From Nageia nagi (taxonomy: Eukaryota; Plantae; Pinophyta), in assembly GCA_050084985.1 (NCBI GenBank), contig JBITNC010000002.1:38688001-38752000 (forward strand): 64,000 bases of DNA, read 5' to 3'. Position numbers and translations under genes: made by a program. Positions 12,150-24,626 of this stretch are shown here, in pieces. Every line of letters begins with the position of its first letter. Positions within the stretch are counted from its first letter, which is position 1. Below the pieces are notes generated by a model that saw only the letters and a list, made by a program, of their open reading frames with translations, made no database searches and was not told the origin of the DNA.

Positions 12150-15100
12150 TAGCACAAATACCTTAGGTTGGAAAAAAATATTGTAATTACACTTTTGCTA
12201 TCATTTTATCAATATAATTACATTCTATTATCAAAAACTTATTATTTATCTCTCTATACTTGGATGTTGCATTGTGGAGTAGTTTTTGCATTGCTTAAAA
12301 TCTCATTTTTCTCCTTGAGTGTGACATTAGATCTGAAGCTGTATTTTCATAGCATAAGACCTATTTTTTTTCCTATTTGAAACATGGGCATTTGAAGATA
12401 TTTTTTGCAAGTTGAAATCATATTTTGCTTCTCTAGCTAGATGTTGGGTTTGTACATGAATTTTTCAAATTTTATTGCTAAATTTATCAATCCTAGCTAG
12501 ATGTTGGATATTTGGTATATTTTTTATTTATTTATACCAGTTTGGAAGCTTGAAGCCAAATGTACCTCTCCTAGGGCATGTTTGAGGAGTGATCCCTAGA
12601 ATAGCTCATCACAGTGGTATTAGAGCCTTAATTCTACCATCCTATTGGGAATCATTGGATCATTCATGGAGGGTTTCAAGTTGAAGCTATTAAAAATTTG
12701 AATATTGGGATACCCACATCATAATGGTATCACATATGAGAGATTTGTTAAAGTGAAGTTGGAGATCTTACACTTGCTGTTGGATAAGAGTTAAGGATTT
12801 ACTACTAAAGGTGATTGCTAAAGAAGACTTATTATGATATTATGTTGGATCACAGTGCTATTTGTGGAAAGTTCTTATTATCTTGTTGAAGAGTGGAGTT
12901 GACCTAGCATCATAGTTATCATTTTAAAGGATTTTTGGATGATTTGGATGCTTAGAGTAGGTCATTACGGATCTAGGAGCCCTATTTCATCCTTTTGGAA
13001 ATTTGTTGGGCATCTTCTTTCCTTAATTTTGAAATTTGAATCTTTGAGGAGGTTCATCTAGCTTGAAAAGGTACATTTAAAAAAAATACAATTTATATTT
13101 CAAGTTGAAGTTTGTTCTCAATTTATTTTAAGTTTGAGGGAGGAATAAGGATGTGGTAGGAGAGTTTGAGCTCATCTAGAGCTAGATGTTGGTATTCAAG
13201 CTAGCCTGAAGGCCGATGTTGATATTTTAGGACCTATTTTGTAGCTCATTTAGCATTTTGAGGGTCTTATGATGAGGACATTGCATTTTTTGGAGCATTT
13301 TTATGCTTGAAGCTATATTCTATACCATTTGAGGCTAAACGTTGCATTTTTAGGTCACTTGAAGTTTGACATTACACTACTGAGAGAATTTTCAAGCTTC
13401 ATTCTATATTTTGAGCTCTCCATGAGATAGACATTGGTATTTTAAGTACTTTTCAAAGGTTTGTGTTGCATTCTTAGTCCATCTAAAGGCAAACATTGGT
13501 ATCTTTAAGAAATTTTGAGGTCTATCTCACATTTTGGGGCCATTCCTAGAGAAGTGTTAGCATACCAAGGGCATTTCTAAGATCCTTGCTATATTTTGAA
13601 GGTACCTTAAGCCAGACATTAACAATTTGAGGGAATTTATGAAGATTATTTTGCATTCTAGAGTAGTCCTAAGGTGAGTGTTGGAATATTGAGGAAGATT
13701 TTAAAGTTTGAGCTATATTTCAAGATCACCCTAAAGCAAACCATGACATATTGAGGCTTGTTTTGAAGATAATTTGGCATTCTAAGTCCATTCTTAGCTA
13801 AACATTGGAGGTTTAGAGGAACTTTTAGACTTATTTCTACATTTAGGAGCCATTAAAGGTTAGATGTTGAGTTCTAGAGGGATTTTTGAAGCTTTCTTAT
13901 ATTTTGGAAAAACCAAAAGTGATATGTTATCTTGTTAAGGCCAATTTTACGAACTATTTATATCATAGTGATTTTTCATTACTAGTATTCACCTAATTGC
14001 ATCATGGAAGCTTGAAAGGGAATTAGTTAGCAAGATGGAGTCAAAAAAATTATAAAGAGATGGATGACTTTAAGGTATTTATGAAAAAGAGGAGGGAACT
14101 TTCAAAGATAGTTCAAGATAAAGAAAGAACTATTCCACTCAATTGAGGGAAAGATACATAGGAAAAAGTAGAGATAAGCACTCTTCGTAGTAAGCTCACA
14201 AACATAAAGAAAGATCTCATGGAGATAATGAAAAGCTTGAATAATTTGAAAAGCAAGTATGAAGCATTAGAGGAAAAGTATGATGATATAGATGAAGCTA
14301 TGATGGAAATAAAAGAGGAGAGTTCTAAATGGAAAAAGAAATATGAATGAGATCAAGTGGCATTACAAGGGGCCATGACACTACAACACCAAATCTAGCA
14401 AGAATCAAGCCAAAAATATAAGTTGATAAAGCTCACTAAAAAGGTAGTAAAAGATATGAAGGAAAAGTATCAGGCCCTTCTGGATAAGACTAGAGCTAAA
14501 TTTGAGGAGGCTATGCAAAAATATGAAAGGACATAATTGGAATTTAAGAGGTACAAAGTAGCATGGAACAAAAAGGAGAACCAAATAATGGAGTATAATC
14601 GACTAGTATAAGTTAATATTGAATATGCAAAGGATGAAATTGCTAATATGATGATTACTCTCGAAGAAGTCAAATCTAATGCAAGCAAAGCCAAAGATGA
14701 TATTAGAAGCATGAAAGCAGAAATTTTTATGCTTAAAGAGAAATTACTAAATAAGGAGGAAAAGTTGCATAATATTCTCCAAGAAAATGAATATCTAAAG
14801 ATGAGAATTTTGGCTTCTTTTTATAGAATAAAGTAATTAGAGCAATCATTACTTATAACTATAGTATAAGCAATAACCACCAAAGAAGAATGTGGAAGAT
14901 TCCATATGAATTTTACAAAAAAGAACTTTAGTATCAAGCAAGACCTCATAATATCAAGCAAGAATCAAATGAAGCTAATAGGAGAAATTTTCAGTTGGAA
15001 AAATGGTCATTTTTCTAAAAGAAAATAATATTTATTTATCACGATCATTGGAGAGATCTCAAAGGGATAAAGAGAACCTAATGGAAATAAACATGGAGTT

Positions 15101-15300
15101 AGAACATGAGCTTCATGATAGGAAGATAGAGAGGAAAGAGAATGTTACTTTACAACAAGTGGATTACAATTTATCACTCTAAGTGTGGAGCTTAAACATT
15201 GGAATTATGGCTACTTCCTACACTATGAACTTGAAAGTTGCACATAAAAGAGCAATTATAACAAGCATATTAGAATTTTGGGTGCATGGTCATAACCAAT
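12150..15300 (+). mobile_element. LTR end + PBS followed by a degenerate tandem-repeat leader and a decayed coiled-coil ORF
   Basis: ...CATCACA-G-TGGTATTAGAGC (PBS 12615-12626). K/E-rich heptad-like reading frame at ~14000-15200 with stops. Boundaries approximate. Confidence 0.6.
13300..13910. repeat. Highly degenerate ~62-bp tandem repeat (~10 copies)
   Basis: Recurrent CCAT.TAAGGC.A.ACATTGG...TT.AGG...TTTTGAAG pattern at ~13479, 13541, 13603, 13666, 13727, 13788, 13851. Confidence 0.6.
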
Positions 15301-15591
15301 CTCCATATATACATATGAATATAATACATATCAAGTTTGATTATTTTATTCATGCCATGTGTGTGAAAAACTAAAATATTATTGATATATTTACAAAGGT
15401 TGGTTTAGAAGAATAGTTGGATATTTGTAAGCATGATGCCATATCATTAAGCATCATTCGTAAGGCTACAAATACACTTACATAGTTTGCAACTTATTTA
15501 GTAAACTTAGGGAATATTAAACTCTCCATCAAGGTTTGAAAATGCTCTAAGACACTTGGGAGACAATTTTAGGTGGTGTCTTCAGCACAAC

Positions 15592-15691
15592 NNNNNNNNN
15601 NNNNNNNNNNNNNNNNNNNNNNNNNNNNNNNNNNNNNNNNNNNNNNNNNNNNNNNNNNNNNNNNNNNNNNNNNNNNNNNNNNNNNNNNNNN
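15592..15691. other. Assembly gap (100 N)
   Basis: Run of 100 N. Confidence 1.
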
Positions 15692-18094
15692 AAAACCCCC
15701 AAAAAAAACTTTTTAATATTGAAGAATCAAAAGTACATCCTTTTAAATACTTGGAAAAAATCCCCAAAAGAGTTGGTAAGGGATCCTAACCACTCAATTA
15801 TCAAAAAAAACCTTCTGCCCAGAACTTCATTTTTTGAATTCATCAAAAATAAAAGGTTGTTAATAGCCTAAAAAGTAGACTTGGGGCTATTAATACATGA
15901 TTTTTTCATCAATCCCCTTAGATTTTATCTTCGACCCAATCCAAAGATAGTTTCCCTTTGGGAAAAAATACTGCTCCTACAGAATAAAAACCTAAAAGAT
16001 CTAATTTGGGGATCAAGGGGTGAGCTTTTCTACTGCTATAATGGATTCCATGTTCCTCCAATTAAAATAGAAAAAATTTTAAAATGTGGTGACTGTTATT
16101 GAAAAAATTTTGTGCAATATGGATGATCCAAACTTCCCCTATTTAGCCCCTACCTTTTGGGGGGGAAGACTGGAAAAAAAGATAAACCCCCTTTCATGCA
16201 ATGGGGGGGGGACTAAACCTGTTCCCTCCAATTTTAGGGGGTAATTTTGCAGGGTGATTCGAAGCACCTCCCAAAGGGGACCTCCCCCATAAAACCCACT
16301 TTTTTTCTATTAGTTTTTTATCCAACCATTATTTGATGGTTTTTTTTATTTTTATGATTCATAATTATGATTTCTTAACCCGATGTGGGTTTTTTTATAG
16401 GTTTTTTTCCATTGGTTTCCTAACCCCATGGTTTTGCATTAGTGGAAAAAAAAAATTTTAAGGTGTTTGTTTTCCCCACCCCAGCAAAATTTTTTATTTA
16501 TAAAATTTTTAATTAAATAAAATATTTTCACAAAAAAAAAAAAAAGAATGTGAAAATGTTTGACTTTTTAAAAATTTATTTTTAAAAAATTTTTTAAAAA
16601 AAATTATGTAAAGAATCCATTTCAAAAAAAAAATTGATTGTTTTGTTTAAAAATTTAATTTTTTCAATATTTTTTTATATTTTGAAAATTAGTCAAATTT
16701 CATTCACATAATCATTTTAAAAAATATATGCAAATAAATAAAAAAAAAAAAATATAACGGTACAATAAATAAAAAATTACAAAAGCTTTTAAATAAAAAA
16801 TAAAAAAATAAATACAAAAGGAAATATATAATTTTTTCATAATGTCCCCCAAAAAAAACCCCAAATACAAAATAACTCTTTTTATTTTAAAAATATATTA
16901 GTCTATTGAACATTAAGTAGCAAATAATGAAATCATCAATGAAAAAAGAATAAAAAAAAAAAAAGAACAAATGAAGTAAAATAAGTTCAAGATTTGTAAC
17001 AAAAAATATGTATCATAATTAAATCAATCAATAGTAGATTAAAGAAACTAAAAAGATCATAAGCTACTAAGCAAAAGGATAATTAGTAAGGGTATCAACA
17101 TATTCTTGAGCTAATTTAATGATCATAAATATTCAACTCTTGTGATTTGATTTAAGAAAAATAAAATTAAAAAATCATTAAAATGATGGATGCCTTATTA
17201 TGGAAGTTCTTATATAATTATCTAGATTATGCATGAATAAATTTACCCAACTCAAAGGAGAAAGAGTGAATAATACCATATAGTCAAGGAGTTTCGCTAC
17301 CACGCACAGGAAGGTTGTCCTTCAACCCTACACTTCAACCAAGTAGATCTTAGAGGCTAATATGTAAAACTTAAGGACATGGTAAGAAATGTTGAAATGG
17401 TTAAGCTAGTAATTGAAGTTTAAAAATCCTAGATAATAAGGTTTTTCCTTCTAAATTCTAGACATAACATGAATATGGGTGCTTTATTAGATAATATCCC
17501 TCCACAAAATTATCCTAAATTCAAAGTTTACTAGCTCTCATTCAAACATCATAGATACATTCTTAAGATTAATAAAATGATGCATATGGTTCATAGAAAT
17601 CAATGGCAAGACCAAAAGAACATAAAACCTATGGAAGAAGGCCTTAACCACTCAACCTTCTACCTTTAGCATCTAAAATCACTTTTCATCTATAATATGC
17701 ATGAATTGAGAGTTTGAATAATTCTTTCTTGACCGAACCTTAACACCCTTGTTAAATAATTCTCGAGCCTTGTGTTGTGGTAACTATAGTGACTACAATA
17801 TAGTTATACGAGTAGATCTTATTAACAACACAACTTTTCAACCCAATAATAACCTTAAAGAAGGGTCCATATTTCACATAAGTGCCAATAAACTATATAT
17901 TATCCTAAAAAAATTCTCAATTTTTTTATCAAATAATGAATTGTATTCATAAAAAAATTCCCATATCTAATTAAATCAATCTACTCATGCATGTTGGATA
18001 CCAATACTTATCATAACATCCCCAATTTCTAGTCATGATTTCCAATATAATACTAAAGTTATAACAAAGTTTGATCTAGTCATGATTTACATGT

Positions 18095-18338
18095 AGAATA
18101 TTGTTACAAGATGGCAATGCAATTTTGCTAGAGCATGGTATAATTTATTTTTTTTAAATAATGTCTAATATAGGCCAATAAATGATGGAGCCCATGGCAT
18201 CTTTCATTGTATCCATTGAGATGGCCACAATGAAATATGCCATATGATCCTTCATTATATGGCCTATGTCAAATATTATTTTAAACAAATAAATTATACT
18301 ATGTTCAAAATTGCATTGCCATCTTGTAATAATATTCT
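18095..18338. repeat. 244-bp near-complete palindrome (fold-back)
   Basis: AGAATATTGTTACAAGATGGCAATGCAATTTTG... pairs with ...CAAAATTGCATTGCCATCTTGTAATAATATTCT. Pairing continues to a loop of a few nt at ~18217. Confidence 0.9.
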
Positions 18339-18499
18339 TCATTGTTGTCTATGATTGCAAAGGCCCATTTCTTCACTATGTCTAGAATAATATATTTTTG
18401 TTACATCAAACTAACATCTTATCAAATGCAACATTTATACAAGTATTCAAAAAATACATGTATGTTAATTTTGCACACATATAGAAGGCTCACTTATTA

Positions 18500-20090
18500 T
18501 TTGATAATATTTAGCAGAGAAATAAAATCTCATGGAACGTAATGATCTATGCACAAAAAAGTATGGTTTACAAGTTCTTAAGTGATTTCAAAAAATGAAA
18601 TTGATTGGTTTTAGATTGAATTAAATAATCTTTTCAAGTGTTCTTCCAGCATGTGCCAGCTCAATTTCTTTGCAAGATGGTTGTCATGAACATCCATGGA
18701 AAAATAGTAAAAAGTGGTCTTCACTTGAATTTCATTGTGAAAAATGCTTTGATAGAAATGTATACTAGGTTTGGGAACATACAGAAAGACCATGTACTCT
18801 TGGATGAAATGCAACAAAGAGACACTATCTCATGGACTACAATTTTCATAAGATATGTGCATAATGGGTATGGTTTGGAAGCCCTCAAATGTTTTCATAT
18901 TTGTTTTGCATGTATCCTCCCTTTATGTGCAACTTTTGCTACTTTAAAATGGGGCATGTAAATTCATGGATGAATAAGTAGATATGATTTCTTTTGCACA
19001 TAATTTTGATAACAACTTTGATAAATTGTAGCTATGATCAATGGAAAGATCAAAATATGAGGTATGTAGCAAAGAGATACTCATCTTATGGACTACAATG
19101 GTATGTACATAATGATTCTCATGAGGAGGCTCTAGAGGTTTTTGAGGAAATGCAACAAAGTAGTGTTGCACCAAATATCCTTATGATAAGTACTTTGATA
19201 GATATGTATGTTGATTTTGGGCACATATAGAAGGCCCATTTGTCATTTGACAAAATGTAGTAGAGAAATACAATCTCATATGATGTAATGATTGCAGGAT
19301 ATGCATAGAATGGGTATGATTTAGAGGCTCTAAAGTATTTTTAGTAAATGAAATTAAGTGGTTTTAGACCAAATTCAATAACCTTTGCAAGTGTTCTTCT
19401 AGAATGTGCCAGCTCAACCTCTTTCCAAGAGGGACTAGACATCCATGGAAAAATAGTATAAGTAGATTTCACTCAAATACCATGCTAAGTTTGGGAATAA
19501 ACAAAAAGACCATGTAGTGTTTGATAAAATGTAGCAAAGAGACACCATCTCATGGACTACAATGATCATAGGATATGTGCATAAATGTGTTCTACTTGCA
19601 TGTAGCCATCTAGGTCTAGTAGATGAGGATCATCAATACTTTAATTTAGCATAAGTAACTTTTATTTCATTATTCTTTAGATGAATAATTATACATGTAT
19701 TATTGACCTTTTTGTTTGTGCTTGTAGGAATAGAAGAATTTGTGAAAACAAAAAATTTTTAGATCACATAAGAATGTATGAATAGGGGAATTTGTGACAA
19801 CAAATCTTTTTTTGTTGGAGCCTAAAATCGATTCATCTTATGTTCTTCTTTCAAATATTTATATTGAATTGGGAAGCTAGGATGATGTTCAAAGAGAAAT
19901 GTTATTGATGAAAGATAGAGGAATCAAGAAGACATATGGATGTACTTGGATTGTAGTTGATAAAAGGGTACATGTTTTTCTTATGGGAGATAGATAACAC
20001 CCATAACACATGATATATATAGAAAATTGGAGAAATTGTTGAGTGAGATGAAGGCAATAGGGAAAATTCTAAATACAATACCTATGTTTT
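18500..20090 (+). pseudogene. PLS-class pentatricopeptide repeat (PPR) pseudogene, copy 1 (PLS motifs, E/E+ region; no DYW seen)
   Basis: Fragments NALIEMYTRFG, DEMQQRDTISWTTI, TLIDMYVDFG, ACSH.GLVDEG, SSYVLLSNIY, MKDRGIKKTYGCTWI..VHVFLMGDR, broken by stops and frameshifts. Confidence 0.88.
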
Positions 20091-20339
20091 TAATACTATG
20101 ATTTCAACTAATGGAATTGAACTATTTATGAAAATCTTATTTTTTTAATAATATAATTTCATTGTATTGAACTATTTTTCAAGAATCATGTACAATTATA
20201 GAGTGAAGAGTTGGAAAAGGAGGTGTAAGAATCACAAAGATGAAAGGACAAATACTTGAAAGAAATTGAAAATACTTGATGAACAATTGATGCTAGATAA
20301 GGGATTATAAGTAAACTAATACTTTGGTACGAAAAAAGT

Positions 20340-21320
20340 AGAGCAACACTTAAGGAACATGAATTACTTGACAATATGCATGATGTAGACACAGTTTCAT
20401 GGACTGCAATGATCATAGGATATGCAAAACAAAGATACATGTGACACCATGTGTAAATTAAATGTAATTATCATATGTAAAACCAAAATCTACAACATTT
20501 TCCAACATTCTTACATGTGCCATCATGGGAGCTCTCGAAGGAGGTATGAGCATCCATCAAAGATTAGGTAAAAATGGATTCTCATCAAATGTTGTGGTTA
20601 TGAAAACCTTAATAGAAATGTATGTAAAATGTGGAAGAATACATAAGGCCTAGGAATTATTTTACAAGATGCATGATACACACATAATTTCATGGATTGG
20701 AATCATTTGAGGATATGCAATTCATTTATATGATAAGGATTCCCTTAAAATCTTTGATTTGATGAAGCACTTGGGAACCAACCATGATAGCATAACATTT
20801 GTATGTGTTTGAATTACATGCAGCCATGCATGTCTAGTGGATGAGGTTCATAAAACCTTTAATAGTATAAGTGAATTTTATTACATTATTCCTTGGATGA
20901 ATAATTATACATGCATTGTTTACCTTCTTGGTCATGCAGACTATCTTGAGGAAGCTTTGAACTTCATTCTTAATATGCCCATGAAACCTAAATCCAATGT
21001 GTGGATGTGTTTACGTAGTGCTTGTATATCACATAAGAATGTAGGAATAGAGGAATCTATGGCAATAATACTTTTTTTGTTGAAGCCTAAAAATGATTCA
21101 TCTTATATTCTTATTCAAAATAGTTATGTTGAATTGGACAATTGGGATGATGTTTAAAGAGTAATGAAATTGATGAAAGATAGAGGAATTAAGAAGACAC
21201 ATGGATGTACTAATATTGAAGTTGACAAAAGGGTACATGCTTTACTTGTAGGAGATAAATCACACCCAAAAACATAGGACACCAGTGAGTTATATTCTAA
21301 ATACAATACATGTATGTTTT
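20340..21320 (+). pseudogene. PLS-class PPR pseudogene, copy 2 (PLS motifs, E/E+ region; no DYW seen)
   Basis: MHDVDTVSWTAMI, LIEMYVKCG, CSHACLVDE, YTCIVYLLGHADYLEEALNFILNMPMKP..VWMCL, MKDRGIKKT.GC..VHALLVGDKSHP, with multiple stops. Confidence 0.9.
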
Positions 21321-21479
21321 AATACTATAGTTTCAACTAATGGATATTTATGAAAGCCTTATTTTTTAATACTACAATTTCATAGTATTGAACTATTTTT
21401 GTACAATTGTAGAGTGATCCCATAGTTGTATTACATGCAAGAAAGGATCTCATAGTTGTATTGCAAGTAGGCAAGGATT

Positions 21480-21680
21480 TATGCATAACAATCCTAATAG
21501 ACATGTATGCAAAATGTGGTCCAACATTAATATAAAAAGGATTCTTTTTGAACAAAATAGAGTATGGATAAATAACTAGATGTGGGTTTCTTTCACATGA
21601 AATTGTGATAACAACCCTAATAGACATGTATGCAAAATTTGCAAGAATTAAGATAGCAATGGATTTGTTTAAACAAAATG
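21480..21680 (+). pseudogene. Third PPR fragment
   Basis: TILIDMYAKCG and TTLIDMYAKFARIKIAMDLF motifs. Confidence 0.65.
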
Positions 21681-22229
21681 GGGTTTTGTTTGCTTTATAC
21701 CTTAACCAATATGGTGATGGAGTCAACCACCTAATATTTCATGCCTTCTATGCATTTCTCACCCTATTTTTCTCAAATTTAAAGGGTTTGCTACAATTTC
21801 ATGACTAGTTATTATCATATTACAATAATAATGCAACACTATATGGTCATGTTGGGCTTTTAAATGAAGAAAAAGATAATGCTACAACTTCATACCTTAA
21901 GCAATATGGTGATTGATTCATGTGCCTTACTTTCCATGTTTTTCTCCTATTTGGTATCAATTTATACAATACATGTATGGTTGACCTTGTTAACTATATT
22001 ATGACTTAATACCTTAACCAATTTGTAGAAAATGGTGATAGCGCTATCACCTCATTGGATTGGTAACAAAGCTCTATCATGGGTCGGAGTGGAAGTGGGC
22101 TCTGCCATGGGTTGGAGTGGAAGTGGGATGTATCATGAGCTAGAATGGAAGTGGGCTCTATCTTGGGAGTGGGAAGCATGAAACAAACATTTGGGCAGGC
22201 CACCAAATTTTGGAACATGCCTACCTAAA

Positions 22230-22446
22230 TTTTTATTTTTGAAGGAAATTAATTTTTACAAAAAATTTTAACCATTATTATATTAAATTTTAGGGTGGTT
22301 CATTACCACCTTAAAAATATGCATTATATATGTACATAAAATGGTGGTTTTAAATTGCCCATAGAAAAACCATTTATTATAATATAAAATAATGGTTTTA
22401 ATCCACTACCAAGAAACCATTGTAGAAGTCCAATTTTCTTGTAGTG
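22230..22446. mobile_element. Right terminus of a CACTA (En/Spm) DNA transposon
   Basis: Ends TTTTCTTGTAGTG (reverse complement CACTACAAGAAAA), with subterminal AAACCATT/AATGGTTTT repeats in both orientations. No matching left TIR seen. Confidence 0.7.
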
Positions 22447-22698
22447 AAAGTTATGTTATTAGTGTTTGTTCCTAAGTGGTTAATCAAATCAAAAATTCTA
22501 AGGGAATACTTTCTATAGCCAATAATTGCATATCCTCCAATCATTACAATCCATGATACTATATTTACATCATGCATCTTATCAAATATTTATTAGGCCT
22601 TATGTATTTTTCCATATTATGCATACATATCAATAGGCCATTCATAACCACAAGAAAGGAGAGGCAAGAAGAGGCATAAATGTAGTAAGTATATCAAA

Positions 22699-22798
22699 NN
22701 NNNNNNNNNNNNNNNNNNNNNNNNNNNNNNNNNNNNNNNNNNNNNNNNNNNNNNNNNNNNNNNNNNNNNNNNNNNNNNNNNNNNNNNNNNNNNNNNNN
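22699..22798. other. Assembly gap (100 N)
   Basis: Run of 100 N. Confidence 1.
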
Positions 22799-24528
22799 AT
22801 CATACTTATGGATATCCATTGTTCTTTTGTATCTTCTTTCTACCTCTAGATAAAACCATAACTCCTCCTTCTCGATCATGGTTGGATCAACCTTTTTGAT
22901 AACACCTTTGAGAGAAACCCCTTTAGAACCTAGTGACCTATATTTACATTCATCTCCAAAAGTGCTATCAAAAACCACTACCTTTGAAATAATTATCTCT
23001 TTTATTTTTGGATCCATCTTCACCATTGTTTCTATTAGCTTGTTGTATTACAGATGAAAAATGAAGGTAAGGAAGAAAAAGGTTCTAATGATAAAGGATT
23101 TGTGAGCAACTAAGTGTGATTATGAGGATTCAAGATAGCGTTTTATGCATTTATAGCATATTTCCTAAGAATCCTTCATTTAATAAGAAAAGCTACTTGA
23201 ATTAATTACTCAAGGAGTGAGGGTATGATTAATTGTTGGTGTGAGTTAGCATCTATCCATTAGGTTCTAATCTAATTGTTAAAATTGACTATTTGATCTT
23301 GCTTGACAAGTTCTTACCTTATCTGATGGTTTGCATTCTTTTCTAATGGAGAAAACTCTTATTGATATGAAATGAGCTTATCCAATGGTACAATAGCTTA
23401 TCTACTTCCAAAATGCCTGATGGTTTCTATCATTACCTAATGAAGCATCAACTTGTCCAATGGAAACATTTATTATTTGATGACTTGTATTCTTATTAGA
23501 TGACTCAATACCTTACCTAAAGAAGAGTAACCTTATCCTATGGGAACATATCTTACTTGATGACTTTTAGGCTTACCTAATGGATTCTTTTCTTGCTCTA
23601 TAATTTTTCTAAAGGATTAAAAATGCACTCTTCTTGCCCTGGTTAGCCAATATTTTTGTGAAGAATGAAAACCTTAAACATTAACCTATGAAAAATCAAG
23701 GGCAATAACTATTAATAAACAATGGTTTAGACTATTTCCTTTTTGAAAAATTGGGTAGGGGTGTTGTGTACAATAGGCCATGTCCATGAATTATTTCAGT
23801 TGTGAGCATATTGATTATTCATAGGAAATACATTTGGAGGGGATACATACATACCTAGTAATGCTCATTAAGGTCTCCTTGGTGGTTTGATAAAGCATAT
23901 ATCCTTGATGTTCTAACTTCCATGTTACTTCACAACCATCTTGATCTTTGGAAGCATGGGCAAGAGTTAACATTGTGGTATTTTTCATTGATATAACATA
24001 TAATAGTTTTATCTATTGGACTCTACAAAGAGCATTTTGAGACTTACATCATGGGTAGTAGACCTCCATGGGTTTCTTTCTTTTGTACCTTCATAATATC
24101 CAATGTGTTGTATAGTGAACTGCTTCAATCTTCATTTTTTCATCAGATCATTTATTTCATTTTTAGTAACTCCTCCTCATGTCTTGATACCTTAATTTTT
24201 TATCTATATTATGCCCCCTCTTTGACTAGGTTGCGACATGATGGACCTCTCATCATAAGAGAAATCTAAGGCGAAGATAAAGGAACCTAAAAAGAGCTTA
24301 TAACAAGAAATATTTTTGTGCAAGATATCTCAAATATAGACATTAAACATCATGATATGAAAAATATTATAAGATATCAAACCTATCATTAGTGACTTAC
24401 CCACCAAGAGTTATAAAAATAGATTGCTAATTTGAACTGATCATCTTAGATTCCCAATCCACCACGCTGCTATGGATTTTTTATATGGATGGCCCTTCCT
24501 AAAGGCATTGAATGATAAGATTAAACCT

Positions 24529-24626
24529 CCCTTACAAAGGTATCAAATGATAAAAATGATCCTTTCTTACAAAAGCATCAAATGATAAGAATGATCCTTC
24601 CTTACAAAGGCATCAAATGATAAAAA
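24529..24626. repeat. 3 x ~35-bp tandem repeat
   Basis: CCTTACAAAGGCATCAAATGATAAAAATGATCCTT repeated. Confidence 0.8.

Noticed and set aside
15556-15789. ORFs spanning N runs (also 22694-23026, 33501-33761)
   Set aside because: They stay open only because Ns translate as X.
15692-16980. Homopolymer-rich, oddly composed segment and its short ORFs
   Set aside because: It adjoins an N gap and looks like low-quality unpolished sequence; not interpretable.
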